64,000 bases of DNA from an uncultured Actinomycetes bacterium (GTDB lineage: Bacteria > Actinomycetota > Thermoleophilia > UBA2241): the NCBI GenBank assembly GCA_963755025.1, contig CAVWIH010000012.1, forward strand, positions 14,017 through 78,016, written 5' to 3'. The notes beneath the pieces are model-generated. The model worked only from the letters and a program-made list of their open reading frames with translations, was not told the origin of the DNA and did no database searches. Positions within the stretch are counted from its first letter, which is position 1. Each line of letters opens with the position of its first letter. Made by a program: the position numbers and the translations under genes. Shown one piece after another: positions 38,348 through 51,070 of the stretch.

Positions 38348-38351
<4 letters not shown>
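36993..38351 (-). CDS. Carbohydrate ABC transporter substrate-binding lipoprotein (alpha-glucoside/AglE-like)
   Basis: Lipobox VAGC; GHPPDLAALPQPG, KSTVWYN, GWPITDLFENIYLR, YDMSD. Confidence 0.85.
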
Positions 38352-39580
<1,229 letters not shown>

Positions 39581-39866
39581 CGCGCACGCACCTCCTTTCG
39601 TCCGGCGGCGCCGATTCGCGACTTGCCGAGAATCGTTCCAACCCATCAGTTTCCCGGGTCCGTGAGTTTTCACCGTATTGATAGGGTTTTTCTCGAGGCG
39701 GCGTCCACGGGGGCCGACGGTCGTGACGGTGACTGGGCGCGCCAGGGCGCGAGGGGTCGGCGAGGGCGGGCGCTCGGCTGCGAAGGGCGAGCAGGCGCCG
39801 CGCGCGCGAGGGGCCGAGCGAAGGGCGGCGGAGCGAACGGCGGCGTTGGAGGGTGGGCGAAGGGGT

Positions 39867-41027
39867 CTAGGTAGCGGCGCCTTGCCGGTCGGCGAGCGCG
39901 ACGCGGTTGCGACCGGCCTGCTTGGCGCGGTAGAGAGCCCTGTCGGCGGCCTCGATCAGGCTCTCGAGCGAGCCGGCGCCGTCGGTGAGGCTGGCGACGC
40001 CGATGCTCACGGTCACGATCGGCAGCGACTCGCGAGAGCCGAAGTGCTCGCCTTCGATGCCGTGCCGGATGCGCTCGGCGGCGGCCACGGCCGCGTCGCC
40101 GCCGTCGTGCTCGTGCAACGCCACGGCGGCGTCGCCGGCGGGGCGCTCGGCGACGGCGAGCCGCTGCTGCTCGATGGCGTCACGCAGCCGCTCGCCGGCG
40201 GAACCCGCACCCTGACCGCCGGTGCTCGGCAGGATGACGGCGAACTCGTCGCCGCCGTAGCGCGCCACGATGTCGATGTCGGTGCGCGTCTGCTCGATGA
40301 GCAGCGCGCCGAGGGCGCGCAGCAGGGCGTCGCCCGCCGGGTGGCCGTAGCGGTCGTTGTAGTCCTTGAAGCCGTCGATGTCGATGAGCAGCAGCGACAG
40401 CGCCAGGTCGTAGCGGTTGGCGCGCGCGACCTCGGCCGCGAGGCGCTCGTGGAAGTGGCGGTGGTTGAAGAGCGCCGTGACGCCGTCGGTGATGGCGAGG
40501 GCTTCGAGCTCGCCATAGAGGCGGGCGTTCTGGATGGCGACCGCGGCCAGCGCCGCCAGGGTGGTGGCGAGCTGCCGGTCGCGTTCCGAGAACAGGCGCG
40601 TGTGGCGCTTCTCGATCAGCTGCAGGCAGCCGATCACCTCGCCCTTGAAGATCAGCGGCACGAGCAGGCAACTGCGCTCGCCCCAAGCCTCCATGCGGGT
40701 CCGGTCGGCCGCCGGCAGGCCGGGATCGGCGAGGTAGGCGGCCAGCAGGCGTCCTTCGTGCAGCACGCGGCGAAACGTTGGGTGCTCGGTCAGCCTGAGC
40801 CGGCCGCCGACCCAGTCCTCATCGCCGGGCTCGGGCTCGAGCGCCCATACCGCGAGACAGGCGGCCTCTTCCTGGGGGGAGACCCACCCGTAGATGTCGC
40901 ACTCCCAGAGCTCGAGGACCTCGCAGGTGCGGTGGGCGATGCTGGCCAGCACCTCGTCGAGCACCAGGCTCGAGGTGATGGCCGAGACGATCTCGGCGGT
41001 GACGGTGAGGCGGGACGACTTTGCCAC
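39867..41027 (-). CDS. GAF-GGDEF diguanylate cyclase
   Basis: N-terminal GAF; DGVTALFNHR, DIDGFKDYNDRYGHPAGD, ARYGGDEF, ADRALYRAKQAGRN. Confidence 0.9.
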   Translation of the reverse strand: MAKSSRLTVTAEIVSAITSSLVLDEVLASIAHRTCEVLELWECDIYGWVSPQEEAACLAVWALEPEPGDEDWVGGRLRLTEHPTFRRVLHEGRLLAAYLADPGLPAADRTRMEAWGERSCLLVPLIFKGEVIGCLQLIEKRHTRLFSERDRQLATTLAALAAVAIQNARLYGELEALAITDGVTALFNHRHFHERLAAEVARANRYDLALSLLLIDIDGFKDYNDRYGHPAGDALLRALGALLIEQTRTDIDIVARYGGDEFAVILPSTGGQGAGSAGERLRDAIEQQRLAVAERPAGDAAVALHEHDGGDAAVAAAERIRHGIEGEHFGSRESLPIVTVSIGVASLTDGAGSLESLIEAADRALYRAKQAGRNRVALADRQGAAT

Positions 41028-41290
41028 GGCGCTTCAGTCCACCCCCGCAGCGCACCGTCGGCGGCGCTGCCGGGTGGGTGCGACCGCGCAGGCGCGCGCT
41101 GCGCGCTGCGATCCGCCGCCTCTGCCCTGCCTGCCGGTCATGGTCCCCCCTTGTCGAGCGCCCCGGGCCCTCGCGTCCGAGGAATCCCGCACACCGCCGG
41201 GCCGGCGCCGCACACGGCGCGGCCCGCGAGCGGTCCGCTTGCCACGGACCGTGCGCGCCGTTCGTGGCGAGCCGGCACCCCCACAGAGTG

Positions 41291-41317
41291 GTATCGGTCG
41301 AGCAGCCGCCGACCTGA
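41291..41317 (-). promoter_or_regulatory. sigma28-like promoter motif upstream of the diguanylate cyclase
   Basis: Minus strand reads TCAG-N15-ACCGATAC in the intergenic region. Confidence 0.35.
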
Positions 41318-41439
41318 ACGAGCGGCCGTCGTCGTGTCCCGGGATTCTAGCGCAGATGGGCAAGGTCTGGGCGCTGACGCCCCACCCGTCGCCACGACTG
41401 CGCAGACGTGCGACCCGGGAACGGCCCAGAGGGTCCGCC

Positions 41440-41949
41440 TCAGACGGATCCCTGCCCGAGGTGCGAGAGGCGGGTGCGCAGGTCGTGCTGCCAGCGCGGG
41501 GTCAGCGAGCGCATGAGGTGCACCGTCTCGGAGCGGCGCACCGTGCTCGAAAAGGGCGGCAGCGGCGACGGCAGCGCCACCAGGGCCGCGGTCACGAGCC
41601 ACACGGTGACGGCCGCCAGCAGCGCGCCGCAGACCAGGCCGCCCAGTCGGTCGAGACCACCCAGCAGCGGGACGTGCCTGAGGGCGCCGCTGAGGCGGCC
41701 GGCGAGCCAGCCGGCGACGACCTCGACGACGACCACGATGACGACGAAGGCCAGCACGCGCTGCGTGGCGGGGGCGAAACCGTGTACCCGGGCGATCCAG
41801 CCTCCGACGACGCGATCGAAGCGCAGGGCGAGCCACAGGCCGACGCCCAGGGCGGCCCAGGTCAGGAGCGTAGCCACCAGCCCCACGCGAAAGCCGCGGA
41901 AGGCGAGCAGGGCCATGACGGCGATCACGCCCAGGTCGTAAGCGGTCAT
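41440..41949 (-). CDS. CvpA family membrane protein
   Basis: ATG 41949; [20 protein letters not shown]...[13 protein letters not shown]; four TM segments. Confidence 0.8.
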   Translation of the reverse strand: MTAYDLGVIAVMALLAFRGFRVGLVATLLTWAALGVGLWLALRFDRVVGGWIARVHGFAPATQRVLAFVVIVVVVEVVAGWLAGRLSGALRHVPLLGGLDRLGGLVCGALLAAVTVWLVTAALVALPSPLPPFSSTVRRSETVHLMRSLTPRWQHDLRTRLSHLGQGSV

Positions 41950-41996
41950 GTGGACTGTGGGGAGGACTGCCGTGGCTGCCGCATCGTCGCCGCCTT

Positions 41997-42024
41997 TCAT
42001 GTGTGACTCACGCTGCGCCGATAG
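41997..42024 (+). promoter_or_regulatory. sigma28/WhiG-like promoter motif upstream of the SGNH-like lipoprotein
   Basis: TCAT-N16-GCCGATAG. Confidence 0.42.
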
Positions 42025-42111
42025 AGAGCCTACCGCTTTTCGGGCGGCGCGCGCAGGGGCGCGCCACGACGGCGGCGCCACACGGCGCGGCCCGCAGGCA
42101 AGGAGGACGAT

Positions 42112-42855
42112 GTGACCAACGGGCGTCGAGTGACCGGCGCGGCGCTGCGCGCCGCGCCGCGCGCGGTCGTGGCGTGCCTCGCGCTCGTGGCGCTCGTCGC
42201 GCTGTGCGGCGCCTGCGGCAGCCGGCCGGCGACCCGCGTGCTGTTCATCGGCAACAGCTTCACGTCGTACAACGGCGGGCTCGACACACTGCTCGCCGGG
42301 CTTGCGCCCACGTGCACGACGGCGAGCTTCGACCAGGGCGGCTTCACGCTCGAAGAGCACTGGAACGACGCCGCCGAGCTGCACAGCATCGCCACCGGCC
42401 ACTGGGACTACGTGGTCCTGCAGGACCAGAGCCAGAGCCCGGTGGTGAACGTCGCCGAGTTTCGCCGTTACACGCTGCTCTTCGACCACGCGATCGCCAG
42501 GAGCGGCGCCAAGACCGTGCTGCTCATGACCTGGAACCGCCCCGACAGCGCCGCCGAAGGCGTCACCACCGCGAACCTCTCGGCCGCGTATCGCGCGGCC
42601 GGCGCCGCCCTGGGCGCCAGGGTCGCTCCGGCCGGCGAGGCGTTCGCCAACGCCCTGCTCGAACGCCCCGACATCGTGCTCAACAACGCCGACGGGCACC
42701 CGACGGCCCTCGGGTCGTACCTCGCGGCCTGCGTCGTCTACCAGACGATCTTCGGCCGCAGCACCGTCGGCATCACCTATTCCGGTCCGGTCGGCTCCGC
42801 CGAGCAGCGCACGTTCCTGCAGAAGGTCGCCGCCGAAAGCCTCGTCAAGCCCTGA
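42112..42855 (+). CDS. SGNH/GDSL-like hydrolase lipoprotein
   Basis: AAGGAGG RBS; lipobox-like LCGAC; [29 protein letters not shown]. Confidence 0.78.
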   Translation: MTNGRRVTGAALRAAPRAVVACLALVALVALCGACGSRPATRVLFIGNSFTSYNGGLDTLLAGLAPTCTTASFDQGGFTLEEHWNDAAELHSIATGHWDYVVLQDQSQSPVVNVAEFRRYTLLFDHAIARSGAKTVLLMTWNRPDSAAEGVTTANLSAAYRAAGAALGARVAPAGEAFANALLERPDIVLNNADGHPTALGSYLAACVVYQTIFGRSTVGITYSGPVGSAEQRTFLQKVAAESLVKP

Positions 42856-43133
42856 CGACGGCGAGCCGCCGGCCGGAGAGCCTGCGGCGCGACCGGACGC
42901 GCGCGCACGGCCGCCGGACGACGCATGACGAGGCCGCGTCCGAGGAAGAAGACGAAGGCAGAACGACAGCGACTCGGCGCCGCCCACGAGCATGGCGGTG
43001 GCGCCTCTCCCACGACCGTATCGGCGCGTTGCGCTCCAACGAGCAAGAACGGGCGCCGCCCGCGGCGGCGCCGGGCACGAGCGGCACGCCCGGAGGCCCG
43101 CGAGGCCGGCGACCACGACACGAGAGGACGCTG

Positions 43134-45527
43134 GTGGACCCAGACCGTGACACGCAGACCACGCCGTCGGCGGCCGCCCGCCTGAGTGCGGACGAGCTCG
43201 CCGGCATCGACGCCTACTGGCGGGCGGCCAACTACCTGTCGGTCGGCCAGATCTACCTGCTCGCCAACCCGCTGCTGCGCGAGCCGCTGCGGCCCGAGCA
43301 CATAAAGCCCCGCCTGCTCGGGCACTGGGGCACCTCGCCCGGGCTCAGCTTCATCTACGTCCATCTCAACCGCGTGATCCGCAACTGGGACCTGGACGCC
43401 ATCTACATCTGCGGCCCCGGGCACGGCGGCCCGGCGATGGTCGCCAACGCCTACCTCGAGGGCACCTACTCCGAGGTCTATCCGAGCATCGCTCAAGACG
43501 CCGAGGGCATGCAGCGCCTCTTTCGCCAGTTCTCCTTTCCGGGCGGCATTCCCAGCCACGTCTCGCCCGAGACGCCCGGCTCCATCCACGAGGGCGGCGA
43601 GCTCGGCTACTCGCTGGCGCACGCCTTCGGCGCCGCCTTCGACAATCCCGACCTGCTGGTCGCCTGCGTCGTCGGCGACGGCGAGGCCGAGACCGGCCCA
43701 CTCGCGGCGAGCTGGCACTCCAACAAGTTCCTGGAGCCGGGGCGCGACGGCGCCGTGCTGCCCATCCTGCACTTGAACGGCTACAAGATCGCGAGCCCCA
43801 CGGTGCTCGGGCGCATGGCCGACGCCGAGCTCGAACAGCTCTTCCTGGGCTACGGCTACCACCCCTATTTCGTCGAGGGCAGCGAACCCGAGCCCACGCA
43901 CCGGCGCATGGCCGAGGTCATGGACCAGGTGGTCGAGGAGATCCACGCCATCCAGCGCGGCGCCCGCGACGAGGGCAAAGCGGGCCGCCCGGCCTGGCCC
44001 ATGATCGTGCTGCGCACGCCCAAGGGCTGGACCGGGCCCAAGGTCGTCGACGGCCGGCAGGTCGAGGGCACGCACCGCTCCCACCAGGTGCCGCTCAGCG
44101 CGGTGCGCACCAATCCGGAGCACCTCGCGCAGCTCGAAGACTGGCTGCGCAGCTACCGCCCCGAGGAGCTGTTCGACGCGGACGGCGCGCTCGACCCCGA
44201 GCTGCGCCGCCTGGCGCCCAAGGCCCACCGCCGCATGAGCGCCAACCCGCACGCCAACGGCGGCCGCCTGCTGCGCGACCTCACTCTGCCCGACTTTCGC
44301 GCCTACTCGGTCGACGTGCCGCGCCCCGGCGCGCCGGTCCTCGAGGTCACCAAGGTCGCCGGCGACTACCTGCGCGACGTGATCGACCAGAACCGGCGCA
44401 GCTTTCGCCTGTTCGGCCCCGACGAGACCGCCTCGAACCGCCTGCAGTCGGTCTTCGAGGTCACCGACCGCGTCTTCGAGGAGCCGATCCTGGCCACCGA
44501 CGACCACCTCGCTCCCGACGGCCGCGTGCTCGAGGTCCTCTCCGAGCACCTCTGCCAGGGCTGGCTCGAAGGCTATCTGCTCACCGGACGCCACGGCCTG
44601 TTCACGAGCTACGAGGCCTTCATCCACATCATCGACGCCATGTTCAACCAGCACGCCAAGTGGCTCAAAGCCAGCCGCGCGATCCCCTGGCGGCAGCCGA
44701 TCGCCTCGCTCAACTACCTGCTCAGCTCGCACGTCTGGCGGCAGGACCACAACGGCTTCTCGCACCAGGACCCGGGCTTCATCGACCACGTCGTCAACAA
44801 GAAGGCCGAGGTCATTCGCGTCTACCTGCCGCCCGACGCCAACACCCTGCTGAGCACGGTCGAGCACTGCCTGCGTTCGCACGACTACGTCAACGTGATC
44901 GTGGTCGGCAAGCAGCCGCAGCCGCAGTGGCTCACCATGGGCCAGGCCCTGCTGCACTGCGCGCGCGGCATCGGCATCTGGGAGTGGGCCGGCACCGACG
45001 ACGTCGGCGAACCCGACGTCGTGCTGGCCTGCTGCGGCGACGTACCCACGGTCGAGACCCTGGCCGCGGCCGCCATCTTGCGCCAGAACCTGCCCGACCT
45101 GAAGGTGCGCGTGGTCAACGTCGTCGACCTCATGCGCCTGCAGCCCGCGTCGGAGCACCCCCACGGACTGAGCGACCCCGAGTTCGACTCGCTGTTCACG
45201 CCCGACCGCCCGGTGATCTTCGCCTTTCACGGGTACCCCTGGCTGATCCACCGCCTCACCTACCGGCGCGCCAACCACGACCACCTGCACGTGCGTGGCT
45301 ACAAAGAAGAGGGCACCACGACCACGCCGTTCGACATGGTCATGCTCAACGACCTCGACCGCTTTCACCTGGTGATGGACGTCATCGACCGCGTGCCCGG
45401 CCTCGCGGCCCGCGCCGGCCGGCTGCGCCAGTACATGGCCGACCGCCGCCTGCTGGCCCGCGGCTACACGCGCGACCACGGCGAAGACGATCCCGAGATC
45501 TCGGAGTGGACGTGGCCCGGTGACTGA
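43134..45527 (+). CDS. xfp: Xylulose-5-phosphate/fructose-6-phosphate phosphoketolase
   Basis: GTG 43134; [61 protein letters not shown]. Confidence 0.95.
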   Translation: MDPDRDTQTTPSAAARLSADELAGIDAYWRAANYLSVGQIYLLANPLLREPLRPEHIKPRLLGHWGTSPGLSFIYVHLNRVIRNWDLDAIYICGPGHGGPAMVANAYLEGTYSEVYPSIAQDAEGMQRLFRQFSFPGGIPSHVSPETPGSIHEGGELGYSLAHAFGAAFDNPDLLVACVVGDGEAETGPLAASWHSNKFLEPGRDGAVLPILHLNGYKIASPTVLGRMADAELEQLFLGYGYHPYFVEGSEPEPTHRRMAEVMDQVVEEIHAIQRGARDEGKAGRPAWPMIVLRTPKGWTGPKVVDGRQVEGTHRSHQVPLSAVRTNPEHLAQLEDWLRSYRPEELFDADGALDPELRRLAPKAHRRMSANPHANGGRLLRDLTLPDFRAYSVDVPRPGAPVLEVTKVAGDYLRDVIDQNRRSFRLFGPDETASNRLQSVFEVTDRVFEEPILATDDHLAPDGRVLEVLSEHLCQGWLEGYLLTGRHGLFTSYEAFIHIIDAMFNQHAKWLKASRAIPWRQPIASLNYLLSSHVWRQDHNGFSHQDPGFIDHVVNKKAEVIRVYLPPDANTLLSTVEHCLRSHDYVNVIVVGKQPQPQWLTMGQALLHCARGIGIWEWAGTDDVGEPDVVLACCGDVPTVETLAAAAILRQNLPDLKVRVVNVVDLMRLQPASEHPHGLSDPEFDSLFTPDRPVIFAFHGYPWLIHRLTYRRANHDHLHVRGYKEEGTTTTPFDMVMLNDLDRFHLVMDVIDRVPGLAARAGRLRQYMADRRLLARGYTRDHGEDDPEISEWTWPGD

Positions 45528-46714
45528 GGCCCGCCGGGAGAGCGCGCCCGGCCTGCGCGTGCTGGTGGTCAATGCGGGGTCGAGCAGCCTCAAACTGAGG
45601 CTGCTCGACCCCGCCGACCAGCTCGCGGGCGCCGCCGACCTGCCGGCCCCGCGCGGCGTCGCCGACTCGGGAGAGGTGCGCGCCGCGGTCGACGGGCTGG
45701 GGGCGGTCGACGCCGTGGGGCACCGGGTCGTGCACGGCGGCACGCAGTTCCTCGGCCCGGTCCTGGTCTCGGGCGACGTGGTGCGCCGGCTCGAGGCGCT
45801 CAGCGACCTGGCGCCGCTCCACCAGCCCAAGTCGCTGGCGGCGCTCGCCGCGGTCAGCGCCGCGCTGCCCGGCGTGCCCGCGGTGGCCTGCTTCGACACC
45901 GCCTTCCACGCCCGCATACCGGCGGCGGCCGCCACGTACGCGCTGCCCCTGGAGTGGCGCAAGCGCTGGGACCTGCGCCGTTTCGGCTTTCACGGCCTCT
46001 CTCACAGCTACGTCGCGCGTCGCGTGGCGCAGTTGGCCGGCCCGCCGGCCGGCGGGCTGCGCCTGGTGAGCTGCCACCTGGGCGCCGGCGCCTCGCTGGC
46101 GGCCATCGACGACGGACGCTCGGTCGACACCACGATGGGCTTCACGCCGCTCGACGGCCTCGTCATGGCGACACGCTCGGGCAGCGTCGACCCCGGGCTC
46201 GTGCTCTGGCTCGAGGAGCACGTCGGCATGCCGCCCGCCGAGCTGGCCGCCGCCCTCGAGTACCGCGGCGGCCTGCTGGGGCTGTCGGGCCGCTCCGACA
46301 TGCGCGCGCTGCTCGTCGCCGAGGGTGAGGGCGACCCCGACGCCGCCCTCGCCGTCGCGGTCTACCTGCACCGCCTGCGCGCCGCGGTGGCCGCCATGGC
46401 CGCCGCGATGGGCGGCATCGACGCGCTGTCCTTCACCGGCGGGGTGGGCGAGAACTCGGCGCCCATCCGGCGGCGCGCGGCGGAAGGCCTCGCTTTTCTG
46501 GGTGTCGCGGTCGACGAGAGCGGCGGCCGCCGGGACCGGGCGGGGCGCGGCCGCCGAGGCGGCCCGCGCCGTCGTCGCCGCGAGGGGCGCCGGCGAGGGC
46601 GACCGTGAGATCACGGCGCCCGGCGCGCGCGTACGCAGCTTCGTGGTGGCCGCCCGCGAGGACCTGCAGATCGCCGCCGAGGTGCGCGCCGTGCTGGACG
46701 CGCCGCCATCGTGA
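45520..46714 (+). CDS. ackA: Acetate/propionate kinase (frameshift near 46530)
   Basis: [52 protein letters not shown]; C-terminal AREDLQIA in ORF 46325..46714; overlaps the xfp stop. Confidence 0.9.
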
Positions 46715-46765
46715 CGCGTGCGGCCCACTGGTGGGGCCCCGAGCGAGCCGACCGGACCGAGTCGC

Positions 46766-47608
46766 CTACGCGAGGGGCACGGCCGCCCCATCCGACAGCC
46801 TCAGCGTCGACTCAAAGCCCGCCGCGCGCGCCTGCTCGAACGCGGCCTCGAACTGCGAACCGACCTCGGCAGCGCGATGCGCGTCGGAGCCGAACGTAAG
46901 AGGGATCCCGGCGAGGCGGGCACGCCGCAGCAGGCTCGGTGCGGGGTACATCTCGGCCACGGGGTGGCGATCGAGCCCGGAGGTGTTGATCTCGATCGCC
47001 ATGCCGGCCGCGGCGACGGCCGCCAGCGCGGCGTCTTCGAGCGCATCCATGTCGGTCGCGGGACGGTAGCCCCACTTCTTCGGAAGGTCCAGGTGAGCCA
47101 CAACATCGAATGCGCCGGTCTGGACGGCCTCGACGAGCGTCTCCCAGTAGCGGCGCCAGACCCGGTCCACGTCGCGCCAGCCCGGGGCGGCGGCAGAGCC
47201 TCTTTCGATGAAGCCGAACCCGTCGACGAAATGGACCGAGCACAAGACGTAGTCGAACGGGTAGTCGGCGAGCACGGCGAGAATCTCGTCGGCTGCCGCG
47301 GGCAGGTAGTCGGCCTCGCCACCAAGCAGCACCCGCAGCTCCGGGTAGTCTTGAGCGACAGTCGTCACCGCCGCGACGTAGTCGTCGAGACGATCCCTGT
47401 CGATACCGTAGCCGCCTTGGGCCAGGAACGCCGGGGTGAGGTGGTCCGAGAAGCCCAGCTCGGGCAGACCGAGCTGCAGGGCATGCTCGACGCAGGCGCG
47501 CAGCTCGTCCTTGCCGTCTGAGAAGCGGCTGTGCACGTGATAGTCGGCGAGGCGGGTGCGCGCCACTTCGGCAACCTCCAGCCCGTGATCTTCGGCCACG
47601 GCCATCAC
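46766..47608 (-). CDS. HisJ-family PHP histidinol-phosphatase
   Basis: DYHVHS, FSDH, SVH, AHLDLPKK, EINTSG, GSDAH. Confidence 0.85.
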   Translation of the reverse strand: MMAVAEDHGLEVAEVARTRLADYHVHSRFSDGKDELRACVEHALQLGLPELGFSDHLTPAFLAQGGYGIDRDRLDDYVAAVTTVAQDYPELRVLLGGEADYLPAAADEILAVLADYPFDYVLCSVHFVDGFGFIERGSAAAPGWRDVDRVWRRYWETLVEAVQTGAFDVVAHLDLPKKWGYRPATDMDALEDAALAAVAAAGMAIEINTSGLDRHPVAEMYPAPSLLRRARLAGIPLTFGSDAHRAAEVGSQFEAAFEQARAAGFESTLRLSDGAAVPLA

Positions 47609-47663
47609 CAACGAGTCTACTACCGCAGACGGCCGGTCACGGCAAGACTGAGCCGACCGGCCT

Positions 47664-48242
47664 TCAGCGCGGTTGGCGCAGCGGCTGCAGCGCCGCGGTC
47701 CAGCGCACGAGCTCGTGCAGCATGAGGTCGGCGGCCACGTCCATGCCTTCGTCGGCGTGCAGCGTCGTCTTGCTTTCGTCGAGCAGCCTGCCCACGAACG
47801 GGATGTAGACGGCCTCGAACAGGTCGACCATCTTCAGCGGCCCGACCACCTGCCTGAGCATCTGCACGGCCCGCGCGCCGGCCGCCACGCCGCCGTAGCT
47901 CACGAAGCCCACCGGTTTGTACTGCCACTCGAAGTGCAGATAGTCGATGGCGTTCTTGAGGGCCGCGTTGAAACCGTAGTTGTACTCGGGCATGACGAAC
48001 ACGAAGGCGTCGGCGCGCTCGACGGTCGCGCTCCAGCGCTTCGTGTGTTCGTGGGTGTAGGCGTGCAGCATGGGGTGCTGGGGCTCGTCGAACAGGGGCA
48101 GCGCGACGGCCGCAAGGTCGACGAGCTCCACGTCGAAGCCGCCGTGATCGACGGCGCGCCCGTGCACCCACTCGGCGACCGGCAGCCCGACGCGGCCGGG
48201 CCGCGTGCTGCCGATGATGATCTCAAGCACAGGTCTGCTCAT
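47664..48242 (-). CDS. NAD(P)H-dependent FMN reductase family protein
   Basis: GSTRPGR, PEYNYG, LKNAIDYL, VSYGG. Confidence 0.9.
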   Translation of the reverse strand: MSRPVLEIIIGSTRPGRVGLPVAEWVHGRAVDHGGFDVELVDLAAVALPLFDEPQHPMLHAYTHEHTKRWSATVERADAFVFVMPEYNYGFNAALKNAIDYLHFEWQYKPVGFVSYGGVAAGARAVQMLRQVVGPLKMVDLFEAVYIPFVGRLLDESKTTLHADEGMDVAADLMLHELVRWTAALQPLRQPR

Positions 48243-48366
48243 GCGTCTGGCTCCCTTTCGTGTTCGGCCGACCCGCGGTGCACACGGTGCGCGCGGCGCG
48301 GCAACGTACGCGCGGCGCGGCCACGAGCGCGCGGCGACAAGCGCGCCGCGTTGACGAACGCGCCGC

Positions 48367-49056
48367 TCAGGGCCAGTCTACGCGCCGCCAGCCCCTGCGC
48401 CGGGCCGTGCTGGCGAGCCTGCCGCGGGCGTTGACCACCACAGCCCGCTGCGCGTGGCCTAGCAGCGCGACGTCGTCGGTCGAGTCGCCGTAGGCCGCGG
48501 CGAGCGTCCACTCGCCGGCCCCGAAGCGCTCGTCGGCAAAGCGGGTGAGGGCGAGCCATTTCTGGGGGCCCTCGCAGACCGGCCCGGCGAAGGCGCCGCG
48601 GCACAGTTCGCCGTGCACGAGCAGCTCGGAGGCGAGGTAGCCGTCGGCCCCAAGGCCCGCCGCCAGGCGGCTCACGACGAGTCCCAGCGAGGCCGAGACC
48701 AGCAGCACGAACGACCCCTCGGCGCGCAAGGCGGCGATCTCGGCGCGCGCCTCGGGACGCACGACCTCGAGCAGGTCGGCCACGACCCGGTCGGCCAGCG
48801 CTTCGGCCCTCGCGAGCGGCAGGCCGTCGAGCACGGCCAAGCCGCGGACCCGCGCCGACACCGGGTCGATCAGCCCGACGCGGTGCCCCACGTAGATGGC
48901 CACGAGGCGGGCGAAGGCGGCGCGCCCGAGCAGGCCGCTCGCACGCAGGATGCCGAGGAACACGTGCTGGGCCGCGCGCTCGGAGAACAGGGTGCCGTCG
49001 ACGTCGATCGCCGCGATCGCGACGCGCGCGGATTCTTCGCTTACTGCCTGCTCCAC
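48367..49056 (-). CDS. HAD-IB (SerB-like) hydrolase
   Basis: DVDGTL, LVSAS, conserved K, YGDSTDD; start taken at in-frame GTG 49056 (approximate). Confidence 0.8.
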   Translation of the reverse strand: MEQAVSEESARVAIAAIDVDGTLFSERAAQHVFLGILRASGLLGRAAFARLVAIYVGHRVGLIDPVSARVRGLAVLDGLPLARAEALADRVVADLLEVVRPEARAEIAALRAEGSFVLLVSASLGLVVSRLAAGLGADGYLASELLVHGELCRGAFAGPVCEGPQKWLALTRFADERFGAGEWTLAAAYGDSTDDVALLGHAQRAVVVNARGRLASTARRRGWRRVDWP

Positions 49057-49271
49057 GGTGGTGCGGACCGGTCCTCGATCGCGGGAGCGCTCACGCCGGG
49101 CTGTTCGTGCCCTGGCTTCGAGCCGGAAGGCGCGCCCCAAGGGGGCGCACCGGCATGATAGCGCGCCCGCGGCCGCGGCCGCGACGTTTTGCCGCGGCCG
49201 CCCGCGGGCCCGGGGACCGAGTCGCCGGTCCCGGGACCGCCGGGCGGCGGGTGGGCGCGGGTCGCGACGCT

Positions 49272-51023
49272 CTACGAACCTGAGCCGCTTCCTTGCGCGC
49301 CGGCCTGCGCCGCCTCGATCATGGCGGCGATGCGGGCGCGAGCGGAGTCGAAGGCCGACGACGACTTCACGTACTTCGGGAACTTGAAGATGTGGCCGTA
49401 CTTGATGGGATACGGGTACCAGGTGACGCTCTTGACGACCGCCGAGATGGCGGCCGGCGTGATGCCGGGGGTCTTGGCCGCGATGCGCAGGTACTCGAGG
49501 TCCTGAAAGCCGTCGCGCAGCGCTTCGAGTCGCAGCGACGAGACCGGCGGAGCGCTCTTGTCGTCGAGCCCGTAGCGCGGGTAGTAGCCGGGGTAGATGA
49601 GGCTGGCCTCGCCGTTGGCGACGCGCCCGTCGGAGTACTCGAACGACAGCGGGTTCTTGTAGGGGTCGCGGTCGCCCTTGCCGGTCAGCGCGTTGCCCCA
49701 CCTGGTGATGCCCCAGTAGAGCATGCCGTCGACCTTCCACTGGTACATGAGCCAGCCCCAGACGCGTTCGTCGGCCAGCCCCTTGTCGATCACGAAGTTC
49801 GGCAGCTGCGCGACCGACGAGTTGTAGTACGGATACCACCACACCTGGGCGCCCTTGGCCTGAAGTTTGCGCAGCACCGGCACGCGGCCGAAGAAGTAGT
49901 AGTAGCGCACGCACCAGATGTCGACGTCGTTGAACAGGAACGTGTTGGCGGCGTGCGTCGTGAGCCGGGTGGGGCGCGGGTCGTCGGTGAGCAGGAACTT
50001 GGCGCGAAAGCCGGCGCGGGCGCTCGCTTTGTGCAGCGTGCGGGCCAGGTTGTCGGCGGCGCGCTCGGCGCTGGTCGTGTTGGGCTCGTCGACGGGGTAG
50101 GCGATGAGCTTGTCGGTCCAGCCGCGGGCGCTGAAGACGCGACACACGTTGGCCAGGTAGTTGAGCAGGGCGGTGTTGCCGGAGTGCATCTTCCACGAAT
50201 AGGCCGGCCACCAGTGCAGCCAGGGGAGCACCGTGATCGTGAGGTCGAGCCCGTCTGAGCCGAGGTACGGCTCGAGGGCGTCGCCGTAGGGCGTGGCGGA
50301 GATGGCGCCGCTGGCGGTCGTGCGCGGCACGACCTTGGGCATCTGCGGCGTGACGCCGTGCTCGGCGAGCATCTTGTAGTCGGCGACCAGATTGCCGCCG
50401 ATCTTGTTGAAGTTGACCGAGAAGGCGGTGCGCACGCTGAGCTTCTGCCAGCCGAAGCTGTAGACCGTGAGGGTGACCGGGACGTCGACCTGCTCGGCGC
50501 CGTTCCACACGTGCAGCGTGCCCTGGTAGTCGCCGGCAGCGGTCCCGTAGGGCACGTGGAACAGGATGTAGAGCGAGGAGCTGCCGGCCGGCACCGTGAA
50601 TGCCTTGGCGCGCGCGCCGTTCAGCCCGAGGGCGCGGGGCAGCAGGGGGTCGGGATAGAGGCCCGGCTTGGCCCCGGAGAACGTGGTCGGGTGTGTGATG
50701 TGGACGAAGGCCACCTGGTCGAGGATCGAGTTCGCTGTGATCAGAGGGTCGGTGTCGGCAGACCAGGCCGCCGTGACGCTGCGCGCGGCGGAGCCCCGCA
50801 GCCCGATGATCAGGCCCTCGTACTCGCCCCCCGCGGCGTGCACCGTGGCCGTCGTGGTCGTGCCGGGAGACGAGCTGGGCACGATGCGCGCCGTCGAGCT
50901 CGCCGTCCACACGGCGGCGCGCGCCGCCGGCGCGAACGAGAGCGCAAGGCAGGCCGCCGCCAGGGCGACGATCGGCAGTCCGAGGGTCTGATGGCGACCC
51001 GACACCGGCTTGAAGAGCTTCAC
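49272..51023 (-). CDS. Secreted DUF4091 / GH123-like glycoside hydrolase
   Basis: GGAGGT then GTG 51023; signal peptide ending AARA; VDEP, GMLYWG, GEASLIYPG, SSLRLEALRDGFQDLEYL. Confidence 0.78.
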   Translation of the reverse strand: MKLFKPVSGRHQTLGLPIVALAAACLALSFAPAARAAVWTASSTARIVPSSSPGTTTTATVHAAGGEYEGLIIGLRGSAARSVTAAWSADTDPLITANSILDQVAFVHITHPTTFSGAKPGLYPDPLLPRALGLNGARAKAFTVPAGSSSLYILFHVPYGTAAGDYQGTLHVWNGAEQVDVPVTLTVYSFGWQKLSVRTAFSVNFNKIGGNLVADYKMLAEHGVTPQMPKVVPRTTASGAISATPYGDALEPYLGSDGLDLTITVLPWLHWWPAYSWKMHSGNTALLNYLANVCRVFSARGWTDKLIAYPVDEPNTTSAERAADNLARTLHKASARAGFRAKFLLTDDPRPTRLTTHAANTFLFNDVDIWCVRYYYFFGRVPVLRKLQAKGAQVWWYPYYNSSVAQLPNFVIDKGLADERVWGWLMYQWKVDGMLYWGITRWGNALTGKGDRDPYKNPLSFEYSDGRVANGEASLIYPGYYPRYGLDDKSAPPVSSLRLEALRDGFQDLEYLRIAAKTPGITPAAISAVVKSVTWYPYPIKYGHIFKFPKYVKSSSAFDSARARIAAMIEAAQAGAQGSGSGS

Positions 51024-51070
51024 CCTGGGACCTCCCGCAGTCGTACCGCGCGCGCGGCCATGCAGTCCCT

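Noticed and set aside
39628-39640. LacI-type operator (GAGAATCGTTCCA) upstream of the sugar ABC operon
   Set aside because: Symmetry is weak and no LacI gene is in the window.
42860-43030. Possible small minus-strand membrane peptide (ATG ~42993) behind a GCCGATAC box
   Set aside because: A hydrophobic reading needs two assumed indels, and no matching -35 lies at the expected spacing.
42003-43133. 377-aa N-terminal extension on phosphoketolase
   Set aside because: It is an Arg-rich off-frame reading of the SGNH gene. Xfp similarity begins near GTG 43134.
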